Origin: Enterobacteria phage vB_EcoM_IME281 | Sequence record: MH051913 | DNA: 64,000 bases | Reading direction: 5' to 3' (one strand) | Shown here: positions 52,268 through 60,448 of the stretch, piece after piece | Position numbering within the stretch: position 1 is the stretch's first letter | How the letters are laid out: each line of letters begins with the position of its first letter | Made by a program: the position numbers and the translations under genes | The notes under the pieces: generated by a model | What the model was told of the DNA's origin: nothing | Database searches by the model: none | The model's input: the letters and a program-made list of their open reading frames with translations, nothing else

Positions 52268-52624
52268 ATGATTAAGCAGATGACTATAGCGCTTATGTTG
52301 ATTGCTCCGGGAGTATTAGCGTCACAAGTTGATGATAGTAATAATTCAATTGTCGAGTATGCTACCCGTACAGCAAAAGATTATTGTCATCCGAGTAATA
52401 CTGAATGCATTATCGAATTCAGTTCAAAAATCACAGCTGCTTTTAAAGATGGCCAGAATGACGTAGAGCATCGCCGAATGAAAGAGAAAACTCTTTCTAA
52501 AAGATACGAGCAACGTCTAAACGTTACTGAATGTATTCCATCTGATAAAAAGTACAAAGAAATGTGCGCGTCTATGGTAGACAGACTCGTTGATTCATAC
52601 AATCGAGGATTAAATTCTAAATGA
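52268..52624 (+). CDS. Secreted Cys-containing small protein
   Basis: Signal-peptide-like MIKQMTIALMLIAPGVLAS; four Cys. Confidence 0.45.
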   Translation: MIKQMTIALMLIAPGVLASQVDDSNNSIVEYATRTAKDYCHPSNTECIIEFSSKITAAFKDGQNDVEHRRMKEKTLSKRYEQRLNVTECIPSDKKYKEMCASMVDRLVDSYNRGLNSK

Positions 52625-53100
52625 TTATTGATTATATTAAGGGCGATATTGTCGCCCTATTTCTCCAAGGTAATATTATTGCACACGGGTGCAACTGTTT
52701 CCACACAATGGGTTCTGGCGTAGCCGGACAGTTGGCAAAGGCTTATCCAAAAGTTTTAGAAATAGATAAAACCTCTACTGAATATGGTTCTCGTGATAAA
52801 TTAGGCAATATGTCTATTGTTTTTAAACATAAGCCTACAGGTTTTGGCATGTGCTATAACTTGTATACGCAATACGAACCAGGCCCTAATCTTGATTATG
52901 GCGCTTTAGTAAATTGTATGATAGAATTAAATCTACAAGCAGAAACCCTTTTGTTTAAACCAAGAATTTATATCCCTCGCATTGGTTGTGGTATTGCAGG
53001 TGGAGATTGGGAAAAGGTTTCTAAATTAATCAACATGTTTACTCCTGACATTGATCTGATAGTGGTGGATTATGAAAGCCCATTACCCGCATCCGTTTGA
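52621..53100 (+). CDS. Macro-domain protein, Poa1p-like (candidate ADP-ribose / ADP-ribose-1''-phosphate processing enzyme)
   Basis: 159 aa; IIAHGCNCFHTMGSGVAGQLAKAYPK resembles the Poa1p signature [21 protein letters not shown]..YPKA (from memory). Confidence 0.55.
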   Translation: MIIDYIKGDIVALFLQGNIIAHGCNCFHTMGSGVAGQLAKAYPKVLEIDKTSTEYGSRDKLGNMSIVFKHKPTGFGMCYNLYTQYEPGPNLDYGALVNCMIELNLQAETLLFKPRIYIPRIGCGIAGGDWEKVSKLINMFTPDIDLIVVDYESPLPASV

Positions 53101-53284
53101 CCCTAAAAACAAAGCGGAAATTATTCGACGCTGGACCGAAACTCGAGTAACTAAATGTCCTATAAAAAGTCAACACAACACCGATAAATGGTATATTGGC
53201 GAATATGTTGAATATACTTTTATAGATAAAAATAAACGTAAACAGCACGTAGAAGAATATTGCTTAAAGGTACAATGGTTATGA
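53072..53284 (+). CDS. Hypothetical protein (overlaps 3' end of the macro-domain gene)
   Basis: 70 aa. Confidence 0.35.
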   Translation: MKAHYPHPFDPKNKAEIIRRWTETRVTKCPIKSQHNTDKWYIGEYVEYTFIDKNKRKQHVEEYCLKVQWL

Positions 53285-53487
53285 GCCAAGCCCGAATTCT
53301 TAAAACGGCTAAATGTGAAAAATGCGAATGGCCAGTAATCGCAGCTTTATGCAACGATGAAATGGAATGTGAATTTGATTACTGGTGGTACTGTTCTAAT
53401 AAAGGATGTTCTAATCATAAGGGTGAAGGTTTTCATTCTGGTTATTGTGAACATCCTAAATTTGTGCGATATGGTGAACCTAAATGA
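53275..53487 (+). CDS. Cys-rich (zinc-finger-like) small protein
   Basis: CEKCEW…CNDEMEC…CSNKGC…CEH. Confidence 0.45.
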   Translation: MVMSQARILKTAKCEKCEWPVIAALCNDEMECEFDYWWYCSNKGCSNHKGEGFHSGYCEHPKFVRYGEPK

Positions 53488-53657
53488 GTTTGAGTAAAGA
53501 ACAAAAAGATAAATTGTTTGAGCTTATCCATGAGCTCATGGAACTTAATACAGAATGTGAATTTGATAACTCTCTAGACTGGGATTGGCATGCTGGTGAA
53601 GAAGATGAGTTTTCTAAAAAGGAAAATGAATTAATTGCTTATGTAAATAGTCTTTAA
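53484..53657 (+). CDS. Small acidic hypothetical protein (57 aa, below ORF-track cutoff)
   Basis: ATGA-coupled ORF filling the gap before tk. Confidence 0.35.
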   Translation: MSLSKEQKDKLFELIHELMELNTECEFDNSLDWDWHAGEEDEFSKKENELIAYVNSL

Positions 53658-53666
53658 GAAGGTAAT

Positions 53667-54239
53667 ATGGCTCAACTTTATTTTCACTATGCTGCAATGA
53701 ATTCTGGGAAAACTGCTTCATTGCTAACAGCCGCTCATAACTACAAAGAACGCGGTATGGGCGTACTCCTTTTAAAGCCTGCGATAGACAATAGAGAATC
53801 AAGCCATAGCATTTCATCTCGTATAGGGATTAGCCAGGAGGCTAATGCAGTGACTCCGGATATGGACCTATACGAGTTCTATCGTTGGGCTGAATCTCAA
53901 AAAGATATCCACTGTGTATTTGTGGATGAAGCACAGTTCTTAGAACCGGCACAGATAAAACAACTGGCGAAGATAGTAGACAATTATAATGTTCCAGTTA
54001 TGTGCTATGGGCTAAGAACTGATTTTCAGGGTAAACTGTTTCCTGGCTCTGCTGAATTACTCGCTACAGCAGATAAACTCGTTGAGTACAAAGGTGTGTG
54101 CCACTGTGGCCGTAAAGCTACTATGACTGCTAGGGTCCAAGATGGTATCGCAATTAAGGACGGCGCCCAAGTTTCTATAGGTGGCAACGATTCTTACGTG
54201 TCATTGTGCAGGAAGCACTGGATAGAAATAACGAGTTGA
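53667..54239 (+). CDS. tk: Thymidine kinase
   Basis: 190 aa; P-loop AAMNSGKTASLL; VDEAQF; C-terminal CHCGRKA…SLCRKHW zinc site; matches recalled T4 Tk. Confidence 0.92.
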   Translation: MAQLYFHYAAMNSGKTASLLTAAHNYKERGMGVLLLKPAIDNRESSHSISSRIGISQEANAVTPDMDLYEFYRWAESQKDIHCVFVDEAQFLEPAQIKQLAKIVDNYNVPVMCYGLRTDFQGKLFPGSAELLATADKLVEYKGVCHCGRKATMTARVQDGIAIKDGAQVSIGGNDSYVSLCRKHWIEITS

Positions 54240-54246
54240 GGGTACT

Positions 54247-54525
54247 ATGGACCTAAATTCAAAGATTTTAATTCTAGCGTTCGCTGTGGCTATTTCTTAC
54301 ATTGTTCTTTCGCCTATCATGGATGATGCGGCTTACAAAAGAGAGATAGAAGTTGTAGCAGCGACGTATAATGCTAATAATAAAGAATGCCCTAATAAAA
54401 ATGGAATGGATTTAATTAAAGCACATTATATGCTTTCCATTACCTCGCCTATACAGAGGAATTGGGTTGAATATAATTTTAACGACGTGTTCTATTCTTA
54501 TTGTCGTAAGCTTAAAAAGCTATAA
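54247..54525 (+). CDS. Small protein with N-terminal transmembrane segment
   Basis: 92 aa; ILILAFAVAISYIVLSPI. Confidence 0.45.
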   Translation: MDLNSKILILAFAVAISYIVLSPIMDDAAYKREIEVVAATYNANNKECPNKNGMDLIKAHYMLSITSPIQRNWVEYNFNDVFYSYCRKLKKL

Positions 54526-54618
54526 ATAGTAATACTAACCGTAGAGCTTTAGCTTTTGGTAATCGCTATCGGTTAAGGCCGAAAGGCAAATTCGTATAAA
54601 ATAACAAAGGACTTTTGT

Positions 54619-54912
54619 ATGGGTATTTTCCGTACAGTGGCTTGTATCCTTATGATTGGATGTTTAAGCCCAACATCTTCACTAGCAAACAAATCCGACC
54701 CTAAATTGATGGACGCCTTTGCTAGTAGTGCGATGCCAGTTTATGCGCAAATGAGTAAACCTAGTGTAAAGGCCTCCGAAGACTACTGGGCTTATGTAAC
54801 TGCTTCTTGGAAAATTTCAAATTGCAATACAATAGAGTCTTGCTCGATTGAAGGTCGGGCTATCGGAGAACGATACGCTAAACTAATGAAGGTAGATGAT
54901 GAAATTCAATGA
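54619..54912 (+). CDS. Secreted protein or lipoprotein
   Basis: 97 aa; N-terminal MGIFRTVACILMIGC|LSPTSS signal/lipobox-like. Confidence 0.45.
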   Translation: MGIFRTVACILMIGCLSPTSSLANKSDPKLMDAFASSAMPVYAQMSKPSVKASEDYWAYVTASWKISNCNTIESCSIEGRAIGERYAKLMKVDDEIQ

Positions 54913-55282
54913 TTTCGTACTTAGTCGAGGGACTGAAGTAGATTCTTATATTGGTTGGCTGTTGGTTTCTTTAGCCTATTTTAAGTCAGCCCATTTGGAA
55001 ACCAAAAGCTATGCAAGACACAAAGCATATGACTTCTATTATACAGAAGTTCAAGGACCACTAGACCAGTTCAGTGAACAGTATTTAGGATTTAGTGGCA
55101 AAGAATATAAAGCATCACTACCATCTGCTTCAGAACTGCCTAAAGACCCCATAGATTTTCTTGATGAACTTATTAAAGCGTCTGATAAAATCTACAAAAA
55201 TCTTCCTAAGGCCATCCAATCGACTTTGGACGACATCACTGGTGTCTTTTACCAGACTAAGTATTTGTTAACGTTAGAATAA
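54896..55282 (+). CDS. Hypothetical protein
   Basis: 128 aa. Confidence 0.45.
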   Translation: MMKFNDFVLSRGTEVDSYIGWLLVSLAYFKSAHLETKSYARHKAYDFYYTEVQGPLDQFSEQYLGFSGKEYKASLPSASELPKDPIDFLDELIKASDKIYKNLPKAIQSTLDDITGVFYQTKYLLTLE

Positions 55283-55286
55283 TCAA

Positions 55287-55314
55287 AGGTCTCACTTCGG
55301 TGGGACCTTTTTTC
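55287..55314 (+). terminator. UUCG hairpin terminator (aggtctcac-ttcg-gtgggacct + TTTTTT)
   Basis: 9-bp stem, T-run. Confidence 0.7.
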
Positions 55315-55322
55315 GTTTAGGT

Positions 55323-55362
55323 GTTTACTTCCTCTAGGAACGTGATACTATAGACCTATCAA
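55323..55362 (+). promoter_or_regulatory. PeSL-like early promoter cassette
   Basis: gtttacttcctctaggaacgtgatactatagacctatcaac. Confidence 0.6.
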
Positions 55363-55379
55363 CTAATGAGGAGAACAGT

Positions 55380-55616
55380 ATGAAACTTACAAGTACTACG
55401 GTTTCATTGGAATATGAAATCAATAACCGCCTCCTTGAGATTAAGATATTCGACGACCGAAGTATCTTTGCTGACTACCGAGGGTACAGAATTCGCCTAG
55501 AAAAGGACGAGCTCAAGGAACCACGGCTCCTTAAAGACACATTAAAGGGATGTGGGTGTAAGCTGAAGACCACTCAAGCCCAAGAATTAATTTCTACTAT
55601 CAACAAATACTGGTGA
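55380..55616 (+). CDS. Small hypothetical protein
   Basis: 78 aa; GAGGAG SD. Confidence 0.45.
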   Translation: MKLTSTTVSLEYEINNRLLEIKIFDDRSIFADYRGYRIRLEKDELKEPRLLKDTLKGCGCKLKTTQAQELISTINKYW

Positions 55617-55620
55617 TATT

Positions 55621-55803
55621 ATGTTAACTACTGAACAGATTGAGAAAATTATTAAACTCGCCCAGCATATTGAAAACGCATCCAATGACCTAGCTGTTGA
55701 ATATTGCGAAGGTTATTCATATTCTGGAATAGAGCAGTGTAAACGAGATTTGGCTAATTCTAAAGCGGCCTTGGTTGAGTATCTTAATGAGTTGAAAGCA
55801 TAA
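55621..55803 (+). CDS. Small hypothetical protein
   Basis: 60 aa. Confidence 0.4.
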   Translation: MLTTEQIEKIIKLAQHIENASNDLAVEYCEGYSYSGIEQCKRDLANSKAALVEYLNELKA

Positions 55804-55828
55804 TGGCTGATGGCACAGGAGCCTGAAG

Positions 55829-55924
55829 ATGATTTACTATCTTGAACCTTGGGCTTGGTCAACAATGATTATAGGCCCTATTTTAATCGGTTTATTCTTT
55901 TCATGGTTAGTGAGGAAATTGTAA
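55829..55924 (+). CDS. Candidate 31-aa hydrophobic micro-protein (MIYYLEPWAWSTMIIGPILIGLFFSWLVRKL)
   Basis: AGGAG SD 7 nt upstream; stop overlaps next ATG (TAAATG). Confidence 0.35.
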   Translation: MIYYLEPWAWSTMIIGPILIGLFFSWLVRKL

Positions 55925-56122
55925 ATGTTATACGATCCAAATGGTTGTTCTGAAGATGGTGTGATTGCCCTTTTAGCAGATGTTGAAGAATCTGACGATG
56001 ACGTCTTTGTTAAAGATTGGGAAGAAAAAGGTGGAATCACGCTCCAACAAGAAAATGATATGATTTGTCTGAATGCAGACCAAGTCGAAGAGCTTTATAG
56101 TATTTTAAAACATAACCGTTGA
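55925..56122 (+). CDS. Small acidic hypothetical protein
   Basis: 65 aa. Confidence 0.45.
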   Translation: MLYDPNGCSEDGVIALLADVEESDDDVFVKDWEEKGGITLQQENDMICLNADQVEELYSILKHNR

Positions 56123-56132
56123 GGAATAGAAA

Positions 56133-56693
56133 ATGATTATTGAAACAACTGAATTGTTTGGCGAACTGTCCGCTGAAGTAGTTAATAACGCAATTGAGCT
56201 TTCACAAGAAGACGATAAAATCGTACTGACTATCGCTGATATTAAACCGCTTTATGATTTAATGGTTTTAGATAGACACGATTATCTTAACGGTCGGGCT
56301 AGTGCTCCTATCGATATCAATGATGATATGTTTGCCTATATCTATAAAAATGAAACCGGGTTTAATCTGGAAAATGGTATTGAATGTCTGAGCATCAGCG
56401 ATTCTGATAAATTCTTTGATTGTATTTTCAAACTGTTCCAGGAAGAATGCAAGCCGGAAGTTGAATGGAAAGTCCCTGGCCAAGATGCCGTGATTCGTTC
56501 TAGTGAAACCTTTGAAGGTGATGAAGAAGAACTGAATTATGATACTGAATTAACCGTGTATCAACATCAGGGCCGTGATTTGTTATCCTTGACCCAAAGA
56601 CACGATGGTGAAAGTGAAGTGGTATTTACTAAAGACGAACTAAAAGTTTTAGTCTCTTATCTGAACTCTGTTATCCCAACTATGAACTCTTAA
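56133..56693 (+). CDS. Highly acidic hypothetical protein
   Basis: 186 aa; high Asp/Glu content. Confidence 0.5.
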   Translation: MIIETTELFGELSAEVVNNAIELSQEDDKIVLTIADIKPLYDLMVLDRHDYLNGRASAPIDINDDMFAYIYKNETGFNLENGIECLSISDSDKFFDCIFKLFQEECKPEVEWKVPGQDAVIRSSETFEGDEEELNYDTELTVYQHQGRDLLSLTQRHDGESEVVFTKDELKVLVSYLNSVIPTMNS

Positions 56694-56703
56694 GGAAAAT
56701 ATT

Positions 56704-57162
56704 ATGATTATGATTATCAATGCAAACTCTTGGCACGCTAAACTTCATGACCGTTTTTATGACAGTCATTCTCGACCGCACTCTTTATGTGCTTACTTCT
56801 GGAAAATGGTTTGGGCTTGTTTTGCTTGTGCTGTTGTTGCAGGTAGTACGCTTTTTGGATTAACTGTTGCAGGTGTTGGTGTATTAGAGCATTTCTTTGT
56901 ATTAAGTACCCCTGTTCTGTTGAGTCTAGGGTTTGTTTTAGGATTGGTTGCAATAGCTCTTATTATTGCGCTATCCATTGGTTTGGCATTCGGTGCGATG
57001 AATTTACACGCATGGTATGATGCCCGTAGAGAAGAAAAGGAATGGCAACGTATTCAAGCTGAGCGTGAAGGCCGAGAAACTAAAGAAAACATCGTTATTC
57101 AATACATTAAAGCTCGTAAATCTAAGGTCTGTCCGGTAATCCACTTCGAGGACAAAGAATGA
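56704..57162 (+). CDS. Membrane protein (about three TM helices)
   Basis: 152 aa; ATGA-coupled to the downstream NTase gene. Confidence 0.5.
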   Translation: MIMIINANSWHAKLHDRFYDSHSRPHSLCAYFWKMVWACFACAVVAGSTLFGLTVAGVGVLEHFFVLSTPVLLSLGFVLGLVAIALIIALSIGLAFGAMNLHAWYDARREEKEWQRIQAEREGRETKENIVIQYIKARKSKVCPVIHFEDKE

Positions 57163-58169
57163 GAACAGTTATGAAAGGCTACTTCGGTAGTCACCTTTAT
57201 GGAACAAGTACTCCAGAATCTGATGTTGATTTTAAAGAAATCTTTGTTCCACATCCGCGTGATATTCTGTTAGGTACGGCTATGAACCATACCAACCTGA
57301 ATACGAATAACACTGCTTCCAAAAACACTAAAGATGATGTTGACCACGAGCTTTACAGCCTGAAATATTTCTTTAAACTGGCGGCAGATGGCGAAACCGT
57401 TGCTCTGGATATGCTCCACACTCCACCTGAAATGGTGGTTAAATCTGATTTACCTGGTGTATGGAAATTTATCCAAGACAATCGTTCTCGGTTCTATACG
57501 ACTAACATGAAAGCCTATTTAGGGTACGTCCGTAAGCAAGCTTCTAAATATGGTGTTAAGGGTTCTCGACTAGCTGCACTGCGTGGTGTACTGGCTATTG
57601 TTAACCAGATTCCTGAACAGTGGGTCGATTATCAAGAAGGAATCCCTGATAGACTTCGTCGTACTAAGGTAGAAGATATCAAACACAGACTCCCTGAAAA
57701 TGAGTTCTGTGAATGGGTATTCCATAACCATGAGAAAACAGGTCCGCAAACGTTCTATACTGTTCTAGGACGTAAGTACCAAACTACTTTGTCTTTAATC
57801 GAGCTCAAGCAATCTCTGAATAAGCTCGATGCTGAATATGGTGAACGTGCCCGTAAAGCTGAAGCTAACGAAGGTATTGACTGGAAAGCTCTGAGCCATG
57901 CTTATCGGGCTGGGTATCAATTGTTGGAAATCTACCAAACAGGCGACCTGGTATTCCCATTGCGCGAAGCCTCTATCATTAAGCTGATTAAGGCCGGTGA
58001 ACTTCCATTTAAAGAGGTCCAAGAACTTCTTGAAGACACTGTTGATTTAGTCGAAGTACTGGCTATCCAGGCTCATAAGAACGGTATGCCTGCTAAGGTA
58101 GATATGAAGTTCTGGGACAAGTTTGTTGAAGAGGTATACCTTGACAACCACAACTCTTATTATCGATAA
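57159..58169 (+). CDS. Polymerase-beta-superfamily nucleotidyltransferase-fold protein
   Basis: 336 aa; N-terminal GSHLYGTSTPESDVDF. Confidence 0.55.
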   Translation: MRTVMKGYFGSHLYGTSTPESDVDFKEIFVPHPRDILLGTAMNHTNLNTNNTASKNTKDDVDHELYSLKYFFKLAADGETVALDMLHTPPEMVVKSDLPGVWKFIQDNRSRFYTTNMKAYLGYVRKQASKYGVKGSRLAALRGVLAIVNQIPEQWVDYQEGIPDRLRRTKVEDIKHRLPENEFCEWVFHNHEKTGPQTFYTVLGRKYQTTLSLIELKQSLNKLDAEYGERARKAEANEGIDWKALSHAYRAGYQLLEIYQTGDLVFPLREASIIKLIKAGELPFKEVQELLEDTVDLVEVLAIQAHKNGMPAKVDMKFWDKFVEEVYLDNHNSYYR

Positions 58170-58176
58170 CGAAGAA

Positions 58177-58365
58177 ATGAAGGTCTTTTTATCATATGGA
58201 AGACCCCATAAAACCCGACGTTGGTATCTTGAAGCTGTCTGTAAAGAAACCGGACGTCGAGTCAATATCAAGTACGTGTGCAAACCTACGCCTAAACAGA
58301 CAAGACAATTTGTTAACTGGGCTATAAATGATATACGCTTCCATAATTTTTGGAGCGCAATTTAG
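58177..58365 (+). CDS. Small basic hypothetical protein (start ambiguous; alternative 58123)
   Basis: ORF between the NTase gene and a terminator. Confidence 0.4.
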   Translation: MKVFLSYGRPHKTRRWYLEAVCKETGRRVNIKYVCKPTPKQTRQFVNWAINDIRFHNFWSAI

Positions 58366-58386
58366 GAACCTTCGGGTTCCTTTTTT
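58365..58386 (+). terminator. UUCG hairpin terminator (ggaacc-ttcg-ggttcc + TTTTTT)
   Basis: 6-bp stem, T-run. Confidence 0.7.
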
Positions 58387-58405
58387 GGGTTTAGTGCAAA
58401 AAAGA

Positions 58406-58448
58406 GTTTACACCCTCGTAGAGCATGTTATTATGGACCTATCAAATC
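58406..58448 (+). promoter_or_regulatory. PeSL-like early promoter cassette (TATTATGG -10 variant)
   Basis: gtttacaccctcgtagagcatgttattatggacctatcaaatc. Confidence 0.55.
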
Positions 58449-58471
58449 TACTGAGTGAAATGGAGAATATA

Positions 58472-59452
58472 ATGTTAACTATCAAAATCAACAAAGGTAT
58501 CTATCGCGGTAATGTAATCTCCGGTACGTTCATGAGTTCAGGTAAAACCTGGTTCCCTAATAAAATTCATGAATCCGAAGCTCACCTCGGTGATGGTAAG
58601 GTATTTGTACAGATTGATGGTGTTGAACGTGGTGTATGGGTGTTCAAATGTGACGTTGAAATGGAAGGTGCTGAAGCTCCTGCAATGGTTACTGAATCCG
58701 CTGAAGAAATGAAACATCGCATCAACAAACGTTTTAAAGTAATGAACATGATGACTAACGGAATCATCGATGGTAAAATTCGTTCCCTTATCATCTCTGG
58801 TGCCGCAGGTATTGGTAAAACTTATTCTTTGGATAAAGCATTACAGAATGCCCACGAAAATGAAACTATCGAATATAAATCAATCAACGGAAAGATTAGT
58901 GGAATCGGTCTTTACGAGCAGCTTTGGAATAACCGCGGCCCTAATAGTGTTCTTCTTATCGATGATGTTGATGTATTCTCTGATATGGATATCCTGAACC
59001 TGTTAAAAGCAGCATTGGATACCGGTGAAAAACGTAAGGTGTGCTGGAGCACTTCAAGTTCTTATCTCGATGATAAAAATATCGATAAAGAATTCGAATA
59101 CGAAGGCACCATCGTGTTCATCACCAACGTTGATATTGACCGTGAATTAGAGCGTGGAACTAAACTTGCTCCGCACCTCCAGGCTTTAGTATCTCGTTCA
59201 GTTTACTTAGACCTCGGAGTTCACTCTAACGAAGAGATTATGGTTCGTGTTGAAGACGTTATCCTGTCCACTGATATGATGCAAAATCGAGGTCTGACCG
59301 ATGCTGAGACTTATCAAGCACTGGCATGGATGAAGGCTAATGTATCTCGTCTTCGTAACGTATCATTACGTACAGCTCTTTATCTGGCGGACTTCATTGC
59401 CACCGATAAAAATGACTGGAACGAAATTGCTGAAGTTACACTTCTGAAATAA
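58472..59452 (+). CDS. P-loop ATPase with about 80-aa N-terminal domain
   Basis: Start at ATG after GGAG SD; Walker A GAAGIGKTY, Walker B VLLIDDVD. Confidence 0.55.
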   Translation: MLTIKINKGIYRGNVISGTFMSSGKTWFPNKIHESEAHLGDGKVFVQIDGVERGVWVFKCDVEMEGAEAPAMVTESAEEMKHRINKRFKVMNMMTNGIIDGKIRSLIISGAAGIGKTYSLDKALQNAHENETIEYKSINGKISGIGLYEQLWNNRGPNSVLLIDDVDVFSDMDILNLLKAALDTGEKRKVCWSTSSSYLDDKNIDKEFEYEGTIVFITNVDIDRELERGTKLAPHLQALVSRSVYLDLGVHSNEEIMVRVEDVILSTDMMQNRGLTDAETYQALAWMKANVSRLRNVSLRTALYLADFIATDKNDWNEIAEVTLLK

Positions 59453-59461
59453 AGGTGAATT

Positions 59462-59803
59462 ATGTTTGAACAATTTATTTACAATCTTTATAAAGCAGGT
59501 TTGGCCCATCGTGATGCCATGAAACAGTCCGTCGAGGACTATGATAAAGAAGTTATCGACGGATATACTAATAGAGTTTATAAAACAGATTGTGAAGAAG
59601 GAGATTACAAGAGACTGCTCTTGGCTGCGAAGACCCAGGCCTTAATAAATCTAGACCGTAAGCAGGTAAAGTTGGCAGGCGACTTCCGAGGTGAACTCTG
59701 CGCCATCAGGAATGAATATCGCATTCGTATTGAACATCAACGGAAACCTAATACCCAATCAGCGTGGTTTAGTGGACATGCCGGTGAAAAAAGTTTCTAT
59801 TAG
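59462..59803 (+). CDS. Hypothetical protein
   Basis: 113 aa. Confidence 0.45.
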   Translation: MFEQFIYNLYKAGLAHRDAMKQSVEDYDKEVIDGYTNRVYKTDCEEGDYKRLLLAAKTQALINLDRKQVKLAGDFRGELCAIRNEYRIRIEHQRKPNTQSAWFSGHAGEKSFY

Positions 59804-59805
59804 TT

Positions 59806-59853
59806 GTTTACATCTCCAGTAGAAATGATACTATAGACCTATCAACTACTGGA
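59806..59853 (+). promoter_or_regulatory. PeSL-like early promoter cassette (stem ctccagtag/ctactggag)
   Basis: gtttacatctccagtagaaatgatactatagacctatcaactactggag. Confidence 0.65.
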
Positions 59854-59860
59854 GGTTATC

Positions 59861-60385
59861 ATGAACGCTAAAGATATTTTTTCACTGATTAATTTTAACA
59901 ATGGTAATTTCAAATCTGAAAAACAAAGCAAGTTCTTTAACGACGTTGCTTGTGGTAATGAGATTACCGTATCTGGAGGAGAGATTTACAAAAGCCGTTG
60001 GAACTGGATTGTTGTCATTGATTCAGTTGGTATTGTAGAGCTCTATAAAAACACTAACAAAAAACGTACTCTTCACTGGAGTCGTGAAACCAATCAAGCT
60101 TATCAAGCTGAACGTAACAAACGTTTAATGCCTACCGAATCTGACCTGGCAAACGTTAAATCTGATATCGCTTATTTCGATAATCTGATTGCCGAGGAAC
60201 AAGCGGTTATTGATAAGTTTGATGAAATCAAAGCTTGTAAAGAGATTCCTGAATTCATGCGGGAATCAGTAAATGAACAGTACGCCCTCACTTCAGGTCG
60301 TATCGAGCAGTACAAATCACAACGAGCTGAACGCCAAGCTCTGCTTCAGAAATTTGAAGAGCGTTTAAAGACGGTTCTCGCATAA
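59861..60385 (+). CDS. Hypothetical protein
   Basis: 174 aa. Confidence 0.45.
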   Translation: MNAKDIFSLINFNNGNFKSEKQSKFFNDVACGNEITVSGGEIYKSRWNWIVVIDSVGIVELYKNTNKKRTLHWSRETNQAYQAERNKRLMPTESDLANVKSDIAYFDNLIAEEQAVIDKFDEIKACKEIPEFMRESVNEQYALTSGRIEQYKSQRAERQALLQKFEERLKTVLA

Positions 60386-60448
60386 ACGCTTTATACCAAG
60401 GATGGTATAATGGTTCTAGGTTCTTAATTACTTACTGAGGAAATTATT

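Noticed and set aside
60386-60448. Additional early promoter upstream of the ORF at 60449
   Set aside because: TATAAT sits inside the palindrome ataccaaggatggtat, but there is no GTTTAC -35 at the right spacing; too weak to call.
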